In this document: positions 54,876-64,000 of the stretch, one piece after another
Layout of the letters: the number at the start of each line of letters is the position of its first letter
Position numbering within the stretch: position 1 is the stretch's first letter
NCBI GenBank assembly: GCA_951406725.2
Contig: OX597814.1
Location: 180,296,001 to 180,360,000 of the forward strand
Length of the DNA stretch: 64,000 nucleotides
Source: Octopus vulgaris
Lineage: Eukaryota
Direction of reading: 5' to 3'
The notes under the pieces: model-generated
Told to the model about the DNA's origin: nothing
Database searches by the model: none
The model's input: the letters and a program-made list of their open reading frames with translations, nothing else
Translations under genes and position numbers: made by a program

Positions 54876-57225
54876 TATATATATATAATAGAAATGTCTT
54901 ACAAAGAGAAAATAGAAACTACACGTGGTAATGTAAGGGGAAAGTAAGAAGGAAGATAAGCGAAAATGCATATTTGAAATCAAAAAAAGTAAAGCGGTTT
55001 TATGAAAAGTAACGATAGATATATACAATTAGATGAACTGGGGTAGGAATAAAAGTAATAGAAGTCATTATTGTGAGTTGTTAAAGAGATTTAAAAGCAT
55101 ATTGGTTTCGTCAATTTACAAATCATTGCTTTGAATGCACACCGATTAATGAACGTTGTCAGGTCTACTAGTTTCTGAGTAAAAAGATTATATGTAAGGG
55201 AGGTAAGTAGTTATGGATCTGGTGCAATTAGGGTAGATATAGATCTGTAATGTGAATGGCGTATGGGATGTATGGGGGTTAGTGGTATTAATTGAAAAGT
55301 TAGTAATGTTCTGTATTATGTTATGTGTTCATATTGAGTTATGGAAGATATTTATTGATGAAAGTTGCCTGTTTATTCATTCTATGTTGTACTGAGGTGT
55401 TCTGTGAACATTGATAGAGGGGGAAAATTAGGAAATTAGGATTAAGATTCCTAGCACACCTTTCTATGTGTTCACTAACCTGTATCTGTCTGTATTGTGT
55501 GTGGCGGATTTGTTCTTTGTGGAGAGTGCTTCTTCGAAACAGTGTTATTCCTGTTTGGCATGTAATGGCATAGATTAGATTTTCCGAGGCACAGGTGAAA
55601 TTTGATTTAATTTTAAATATTTAACCTTGTTTAAAATGGAATTATGAACCATACAAAAGGTGGGGTCATGTACCACAGTTAGGTCGACCACATTTTTTTT
55701 ACTTTTGGTTCTGTTGTTAATAGATATAGTCTTGCGCTGGTTAATAGTTTTTCAAGGATTTAGGTTGCATTTTGCTTTTGATAATTTTGTGTGAGCTTAA
55801 AATTTTGTTCATTGTTTTATCTCCTGTGAGGATGGGAAGATTTTTGGTGATAATGTTGAAGGTTTCGTTGTTTCTAGGGTTATGTGTGGAGATGTATGGG
55901 AGTATTTCTAAGTCTGGTTTAGTATTTCGGTTGACTTCCCTTAATGTTCGTATATCTATTTCCAAATCTCGTTTAATGCCATCATTTATTAATGATATTG
56001 GGTAATGTCTTTTGATTTGTATTGATCTGAGTTCAAGGAGTCTTCGTTCACGAGTATAGGTGTCCGAAACTATGGTACATATTCTTTTTGCTAGGTTATA
56101 AGGCATATTAATTTTTATGTGTTTGGGGTGGCATGAGTTGAATAATAGGTATTGTTTATAGAAGATGTCTGTTTCGATGTGGTTATTGACTATTTTAATT
56201 AGGATGTCAAGAAAAGGGAGTTGTTTACTGCTGTGCTCCGTGGTGAATTGTATGTCGCTATTAATATTGTTAAGCATTATTTTGAAATCGAGGAGTTTGT
56301 CCATGCTGTCTTTCCAAAGTATAAAGCAATCGTCCAAATACCTCTTCCAGTTCTCCTTTAAATAGCAATGAAATGTGGTGCCATATTTTTGCAGTGATGA
56401 TTGATATATTTTAAGCTCTAGGTAACCCATTACAAGGTTTGCAGTCAACTGGAGCAGCTTGGGTTCCCATTGCACTTCCCCATTTTTGTCGATAGTAAAC
56501 TGTATCGAACAAGAAATAGTTGTTCAGTAGGATGAATTTGAGTACTGCGATCATGAATCTGTGCTTAATGCGTCCTGGTATCTCTTCTGGGTATTTTTCT
56601 AGCCAGAAGGTGATCGCTTCTATATCATAGTCGTGTGGGGTATTGGTGTACAAATTCATCACATCAAATGATACTAACAGGGTTCCTTCGTTTATTGTCT
56701 TCGTGAGGTGGTTCAGCATGTCTAAGTCATCCCTGATAAAGATTTGCACATATTTTAGAAAGGGTTTGAGTAAGAAGTCGAGGAAGTTGCTCAAACAGTG
56801 GGTTTCACAAGCAGGGCCAGCAATGATGGGTCTCATTGTGAGGTCAGCAGGGGGAGAAACATTAATGCATAGGCTTGGAAAAACTTTGCAAGCTTTACAA
56901 ATATGTGTATTTTTGTGTATTTTAGGTAAACCGTAGAGTAGACTAGGTCTGTATTTAAAATTGGATAGTCTATTTCATGTTTAGTGACACCCTTTCCATG
57001 TATTTGAAGTAAGGAGGATAAGTTTTTAAGTGTCTTCTGTGGGTTGTATTGTACTATCTTCTAGTAAATATTATTTTCCAACATGGAGAGTATTAAATTT
57101 TTGTAGTTCTCTGTGTCAATCACCACTACCGCACTTCCTTTGCCGGCCTCCTTTAATGATGAGGTTTATATCATTTTTTAACTCGATTGGGGCTTTCCAT
57201 TCATTTACATTAAGGTTGGATTTAA
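54850..57225 (-). mobile_element. Penelope-like retroelement remnant (RT + GIY-YIG + 3' region)
   Basis: 'YGLPKIHK', 'RPII', 'LVSFDVMNLYTN', 'GSAMGT', 'WKRYLDDCF', 'LPFLDI', 'SCHPKH', Cys linker, 'NLIYAITC', 'IFPLYQC..FINKYLP*LN'; frameshifted. Confidence 0.92.
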
Positions 57226-57240
57226 TATATATATATATAC

Positions 57241-57293
<53 letters not shown>

Positions 57294-57303
<10 letters not shown>

Positions 57304-57443
57304 TCTTACAGTTGTTTCTAGAATATTAATTAATAATAATATCCCTACATCGGAGACGGTGTGATATATATATCACACCGTCTCCGATGTAGGGATATTA
57401 TTATTAATTGATATTCTAGAAACAACTGTAAGATCTATATATA
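57294..57443. repeat. Near-perfect ~150-bp palindrome made of two mirrored hammerhead-like pLTR motifs
   Basis: 57301-57363 is the reverse complement of 57374-57436 with one mismatch; centre (AT)5. Confidence 0.92.
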
Positions 57444-57479
57444 AATGCTCTAATATCTATACAGCCTTTGTTTTTTTTT

Positions 57480-58742
57480 ATCTCATTACACAAAAAATTC
57501 ATATATATATAACAAAATAGGGGGTGGTGTTTACACGCAGGAAAAAAATATAGGAAAATGTGTTGAAAATGAGCCTAAATTTAAAAAATTCGTAAATGTT
57601 TAAAATACATTTATTTACATATATACCAAACTAGTTTCAACAACATTTTTTGTTTATCAATGGTAAAAGTTTAAAATTAGAAAAACATCTTTAAAAGTTT
57701 CAATGTTAACAAATTTAAATGTTTCAATGTTGACAAATTAAAATGTTTCAATGTTGATAAATTAACATGTTCAAAACAGAAGGTGTGATGTTCATAGCAG
57801 TCAATAAAATTAAAACTGCATATTAATTTGTTTGAATGTACAAAGTTCATTAATTTTAGTGGTGATCGACAAGTCATACTGAAAAAAGGAAGTGTGAAAT
57901 GAAAATAATAAAATAAAATGGGAATTTGGTTTACAGTTTCTCTGATCCTCTTCTAATAGACGCTTTCGCTTGTAATGGTATGTTTTGGGATCAGATGAAT
58001 TTATAATTTTTCTCCGCGAGTGGGTCTGATTTTTGATTCGTTATAAAACTGGTGACTTTTTTTTCCGTGGTCAAGCTTATCATTCTGCTTGTTTGGTTTC
58101 CTTGTGTATATGGTCATAAATCGTTTCGATTGGTTGATTCTCTTTAAGGGTCATTTCGTCGTATTCGCAGAAGTTCGGTTTTGATTGGTCTGTAGTTAGG
58201 TGACGTCAGCAACTAGTGTTTGTAGAATTTCAATTGACTGGAGGTGGGTGACGTCGGCAGCTGGTGTTTGTATGGTGATTTGAAGCTGCGGTTTCGGAAC
58301 CCGGGTGGAAGATTGCTACTAAAAAATTTTTAATATTATTTGTTGTTCCCGGTTGTTTTTGTTTTTTTGTGTTGAAATTGAGTCTTTTTTTCTTTTTACT
58401 GCTTTTTTTCTTTCTGAAGGATATTTAGCTGTGGTTTATATTTTTTAATCAGTATGTTTTCCTTAATTAAACGGAATTGGGTTGAAGTGTTTCCAGTGCA
58501 TTGATAGAGAGGGAATATTTGGTATTTAGGGTTTATGTCTACGGGGCATTGGTCTAGGTGCTTGCCCCGCAGACATAAACCCTAAATGGGATTAGGGTGG
58601 GAAGAGGAGAAGTTGAGGTATGAGTGTGAGTCTGTGTGTTTGTAGTGGATGGAGGTGGTGAGAGTGGAGTGATGAAAGCTGACCGAATGGTCAAGAAAGG
58701 AGACAGGCGTATCAGAGATAGTGCAGGAGAAGTGGAGGGCAA
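57480..58742 (-). mobile_element. Additional Penelope-like fragments (GIY-YIG C-terminus with 3' region; short RT piece)
   Basis: 'QCPVDINPKYQIFPLYQCTGNTSTQFRLIKENILIKKYKPQLN' at ~58420-58552; 'ALHFSCTISDTPVSFLD' at ~58690-58742; hammerhead-like motif at 57624-57665. Confidence 0.7.
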
Positions 58743-58775
58743 CATATATAATATATATACATAAATATAATTATA

Positions 58776-58900
<125 letters not shown>

Positions 58901-58921
58901 GTATCTCTCTCCCTCTTTCTT

Positions 58922-59000
<79 letters not shown>

Positions 59001-59008
59001 ATGTGTGT

Positions 59009-59346
59009 GAAGGTGCATGGCTCTGTGGTTAGAGCGTTGAGCTTACGAACGTGAGGTTGTGAGATCGATTCCCGGACCGGGCTGCGTGTTGTGTTCTTGA
59101 GCAAGACACTTTATTTCACATTGCTCCAATCCACTCGGCTGTAGAAATGAAATTGCGACGTCACTGGTGCCACACCGTATCGACCTTTACTTTTCCCTTG
59201 GATGACATCAATGGCGTGGAGAGGGGAGGCCAGTACGCATGGGCGACTGCTGGTCTTCCATAAAACAACCTTGCCCGGACTTTTGCCTAGGAGGGTAACT
59301 TTCTAGGTGCAATCCCATGGTCATTCATGACATAAAGAGTCACCCA
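59009..59346 (+). mobile_element. SINE family C full-length copy
   Basis: Matches 39939 copy. Confidence 0.85.
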
Positions 59347-59423
59347 TTATATATATATATGTATATGCGTGTGTGTGTGTGAGTGTGTGTGTGTGTGAGT
59401 ATGTGTGTGTGTATGTGTGTATG

Positions 59424-59700
59424 CATGAGGTCCGCAGCTCTTCAATATCCTCCAGAAGGACCTAAGAGACCTGCATGGGGTGGATGTAGGTGTCTTCCTG
59501 TTAGGTGTCCCAGATGAACCAACTTCGCGGCAGGAGGTGCAGATGAGGGCAGCAGCATCAAACTCTCTCATGCACCAAATGTCAATTGCTAAAAAGCATT
59601 CGTGAAGTAAAATCATGTAGCAACATCAAGTGGTGGTGCCCCAGCATGGCCACAGCTCGTGAGCCGAAACTAGATGAAATAGAATTAATAAATGAAATAA
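59424..59700 (+). mobile_element. CR1/L2-group LINE 3' end
   Basis: 'GPQLFNILQKDLRDLHGVDVGVF..VPDEPT..RAAASNSL..Q' then 3' UTR ggtgccccagcatggccacagc..gaaac. Confidence 0.7.
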
Positions 59701-59853
59701 GATATATTGTATGTATGTATGTATGTATGTATGTATGTATGTATGTATGTATGTATGTATGTATGTATGTATGTATGTATGTATGTATGTATGTATGTAT
59801 GTATGTGTGTGTGTGTATGTGTGTATGTGTGTGTGTATGTATGTATGTATGTA

Positions 59854-59888
<35 letters not shown>

Positions 59889-59900
59889 ATGTATGTGTGT

Positions 59901-59948
<48 letters not shown>

Positions 59949-60885
59949 ATGCGTGTGTGTGTGTATGTATGTATGTATGTATGTATGCATGTATGTATGT
60001 ATGCATGCATGCATGCATGCATGTATGTATGTATGTATGTATGTATGTATGTATGTATGTATGTTCAGAGGGCATTGCATGCAGTACTCATCTGTCAACT
60101 AAATCGACCACTATGCAGTGTTGTCTTATGTCCTCATCCATCTCAATCATCTGTAATGCATAGGTTATTGAAAAAGAAGAAGTAGCTCATGAGAAGCTAT
60201 TTGAACACATTGGTTATGGCAATCTGCCAGAACGAAAAACTATTGACAAACAAAAAGAGATTACATCGGCCAAACATACAGAACTGTGTCAAGCCTGCTT
60301 TGATATTTTGGTCGTCTGCTGATTCTTTGTTGATAATTTATTGATTTATTTTTCACTAGACGCAAGGTCAAATTTCCGTAAACAATACGGCAATGGTCAA
60401 TTAAATCGGCTTTAACAAGTTATATACTTGTACTCGGTTTAATCTAAATCTACCGCCCAGAGTGATGACGGACGGACAGATTTTATACTGGTAGCTTTCA
60501 GACACAATCAGGGATTTGTATGTATGTATGTATGTATGTATGTATGTATGTATGTATGTATGTATGTATGTATGTATGTATGTATGTATGTATGTATGTA
60601 TGTATGCATGCATGCATGTATGTATGTATGTATGTATGTTTGTATGTATGTATGTATGTATGTATGTATGTATGTATGTATGTATTGATGGATGTCTATG
60701 ACCTATTACATATCCATTACGGCCGATCTCACCAATTCATTTTGCATTCGGTTTTAAAACTGGATGCTAGATAACAGCACGGTTTACTAGTACTGGTTAT
60801 ATAATACCACCGTGGTAGCAGGTAAGGATTCTAAGACGAATATTTCTTTCTTTTCCTTTTTCTTTTGGACTTCCCTATGTCTCCT

Positions 60886-61027
60886 GTTTGCGAAGAAGAG
60901 CTCTGCTCGAAACGTATAACAACCAAGTCGAAGACAGGTGGTGTAGACAACAAAGAGATGCATTAGTATAAAGCTCGGGAAGTGAAAAAGTCTTTAACGT
61001 TTCGAGCCTACGCTCTTCCACAGAAAG
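60886..61027. ncRNA. Two convergent degenerate minimal hammerhead-like motifs
   Basis: +: gttt-GCGAAGA-A-GAGC-tct-GCTC-GAAAC-GTA-taac; -: cttt-CTGTGGA-A-GAGC-gtag-GCTC-GAAAC-GTT-aaag. Confidence 0.5.
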
Positions 61028-61082
61028 GAACACAGAAACAAACAAGGAGAGGAAATAAATAATGTGCAGTGGGTAGCGATTT

Positions 61083-61113
<31 letters not shown>

Positions 61114-61229
61114 TATAAATACAAAATGGGACCAGAACACAAAACATTCAAATAGACGACACAAAAAACAGACGGGTCATTCGAAGCCTCTAATCTTCAG
61201 TCAAGAACCGGATCATCCTCGCAATTTCG

Positions 61230-61260
<31 letters not shown>

Positions 61261-61384
61261 TGTATGTATGTATGTATGTATGTATGTATGTATGTATGTA
61301 TGTATGTATGTATGTATGTATGTATGTATGTATGCATGTATGTATGTAGGTATGTATGAATGGATGGATGGATGGATGTGTGTG

Positions 61385-61960
61385 CTTATGTATGCCCTTC
61401 CACATCTCCGATCCTCGTCAGTTTAACCTGCTACCTTCGTGCAGGACAACGCTCCCTGTCACACTGCAATGAGAGTCAAAGATTTTTTTGAGTGATCAAG
61501 GTGTTGATCTCATGGACTGGCCACCTCAAAGTCCCGATCTTAAAACCCTATAGAAAACATTTGGAAGATTATTGGAGATGGGGCATGAAGGAGAAATCCA
61601 AAAAACCAAGATGAACTCTGAGAATTATTGAAAAACGAATGGGAGAATATTACTCCATCATTTTGCAAGAAATGAATTCAGTCCTGTGGTAACTGATGTC
61701 AGGAGGTCATTGATAGTAAAGGGTTGTTCACGAAATATTTATAGTAAGGGTTTCTTTTTTGTTCTTGTTCCATTTTTCATTGTTTTTCTATTTTTTGACC
61801 AATGCAGTTTGGAAGATTATTTGTTTATTTCCTCATAACTTACGAAATATTTATTCCATTCACTTGAAATTTTCACGAAATATAGATACTAAATATAACT
61901 AAATACGTGTATAATATCTAGTCTCAAGGTGTTGCTAATCTTCTTTAGTAAATATTTCAA
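61385..61960 (+). mobile_element. Tc1 (DD34E) transposase C-terminal remnant and 3' flank
   Basis: 'FVQDNAPCHTA..MDWPPQSPDL.PIENIW..EWENI..SC..CQEVIDSKGLFTKY'. Confidence 0.85.
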
Positions 61961-62204
61961 TACAATTGTTCTTATTGACCCTTATAGTATGGCCGCTACT
62001 ATACATACATACATACATACATACATACATACATACATACATACATGTGTGTGTGTGTATGTGTGTGTGTGTGTGTGTGTGTATATATGCTAGATTCTTG
62101 ATATTTAGTAATGGTTTTTCTCATTGTTTCGATATACAATTTTCTATCATTAATAAATCTACATTTTTGACGACACTGATATACTAGTAATTATAATAAT
62201 GCCC

Positions 62205-62523
62205 CAAAGACCCCCTTCGGTTATCATTGATCAATGGAATTCATCTAGAAAGTTCCCTTCTGAAGCACAAATCCGGGCAAGGATGTTTATGGAAAACCAG
62301 CAGCCTCCATACCAGCCTCCCCTCTCCATGCCATCGATGTTATCTAAGGGAAAGGCAAAGGCTGATACAGCTTGACACCAGTGACGTCGCAACTCATTTC
62401 TACAGCTGAGTGAACTTGAACAACGTAAAATAAAGTCTTGCTCAAGAACACAACACAACCCTGTCTGGGAATCGAACTCACTATCTTGTGAGTCCGACAC
62501 TCTAACCACTGAGCTCTGCACCA
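62205..62523 (-). mobile_element. SINE family C copy
   Basis: Reverse complement of family C. Confidence 0.85.
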
Positions 62524-62928
62524 ACATTATTTTATATACGTGTATTCTTTGATCGTAAGCAAAGCCCACTATATCAGAGAAACACATTCAGACAGCTAAG
62601 AATTCAAGATAGACGGTTTTCATCTCTTTTCTCAAATTTTTTTCTATAGACTTTATTCTATTCACACTACCTGAAATCTTGCCAAACAACACCCAATAAA
62701 AAAAATGTTCTATCCCCTTTATAACTTAGCTAACATTTTCGTCACGCTCAGACTTCTTCATACAACTCTGAAAAAGTAGAGAACGAAAAGGCTTTAAAAA
62801 ATTCCTTGGTGTAGCAATTATAAATTCATATTCGGTCAATAGTACCTATAATTCAATTGGCTATATATACATACACGTATATAGAGTTATACATAAAGAC
62901 ATATATGCATATGAATAGATATGTACGT

Positions 62929-63300
62929 GGAGGCACAATGGCCCAGTGGTTAAGGCAGCAGACTCGCAGTCATAGGATCGCGGTTTCGATTCCCAGATCG
63001 GGTGTTGTGAGTGTTTATTGAGCGAAAACACCTAAAGGTCCACGAGGCTCTGACAGGAGGTGGTAGCGAACCCTGCTATACTTTTTCACCACAACTTTTT
63101 CTCACTCTTTCTTCCTGTTTCTGTTGTACTGTTGTACCCGTATTACATAGGACCAGCCTTGTCACGCTGAATCTCCGAGAACTACGTTAAGGGTACACGT
63201 GTCTGCGGAGTGCTCAACCACTTGCATGTTAATTTCACGAGCAGGCTGTCCTGTTTATTGGATCAACTGGAACCCTCAATGTCGTAACTGACGGAGTGCC
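62929..63300 (+). mobile_element. tRNA-derived SINE family D
   Basis: A box tggcccagtggtta, B box gtttcgattcc, distinct body; short flanking repeat atatgtac. Confidence 0.7.
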
Positions 63301-63409
63301 GTAGTAATAAATATGTACACATACATATATACATATATGCTCATGTACACGTAAGTACACATACATGTACACATACAATCACGTGCACACAATAGTTATC
63401 TCTCACTCT

Positions 63410-64000
63410 GTCAGGACAAATGTTGTTATATGTTTGTGAAAAGGGGAATAACTGTAAACCAGACTAGTAATATCTCCATCAATGATTTGACTGTTTCGTC
63501 TATCTGACGAGGAATGTTATAGGTATCTAGGTGTGGATGAAAATATATCTTACAGTGGCACCTGTAACAAATCACGTGTCACTAAAGAATATTACTGCCG
63601 AATAAAGAAAATTTGGAGTTCAGAACTCTCTGCATTCAATAAAACAATGGGCCACAATGTGTTTGCAGTGCCAGTACTCATACCAACATTTGGGCTGCTT
63701 GGTTGCACGCTCGATGAGATCCGAGTCATTGATGTGAAAACCTGAAAAATACTAACAAGCACACATAATTTCCATATAAACAGTGATGTAGACTGCCTTT
63801 ACCTAAAACAAAAACAAGTCGGAAGAGGTTTAGCATCGATCCAAAATGTCTTTGAATGTCGCATCATATCCCTTCGACAACATCTTTTAACCACCAAGTG
63901 TCGAAGTGCATCTCTTGATCAAGTCTTCGTACATAAGGCTGATAACATCATGAAACTTAACATCGATCATCAAAGCAGCTTATTATTGACCATTAGCCGG
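63410..64000 (+). mobile_element. R4/Dong-clade RT/thumb fragment (runs off window)
   Basis: 'QDKC', 'YRYLGVDE', 'IWSSELSAFNK..N.FAVPV', 'IDVKT*KIL', 'DCLYLKQKQVGRGL'. Confidence 0.85.

Overview
Eukaryotic, AT-rich, extremely microsatellite- and transposon-dense DNA. The SINE families and the density of (TA)n/(CA)n/(TATG)n/(TAA)n tracts look like an Octopus (coleoid cephalopod) genome; that assignment is inference from recalled repeat families. I found no intact host gene, rRNA, true tRNA or CRISPR, and most ORFs in the supplied track are microsatellite artefacts. Recognisable content: two near-complete degenerate DD34D mariners with TIRs, an internally deleted mariner, DD37D and Tc1 transposase remnants, Penelope-like RT/GIY-YIG remnants with hammerhead-like motifs, R4/Dong, HERO, RTE and CR1 LINE fragments, three non-autonomous Helitrons, hAT-type MITEs and many tRNA-derived SINEs. 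Most notable: (1) many fold-back palindromes and inverted, locally templated insertions, three of which break at the same GTCGA-Nx-TCGAC SINE hairpin, including a 126-bp 100%-identical inverted copy from about 4.6 kb away; (2) a SINE that forms head-once multimers of a 184-bp unit with an invariant junction in its tRNA-like hairpin; (3) clustered, often mirrored, hammerhead-like cores; (4) a weak candidate 48-bp micro-exon with an Ig-type DxGxYxC motif. All coordinates were read by eye and may be off by a few bases.
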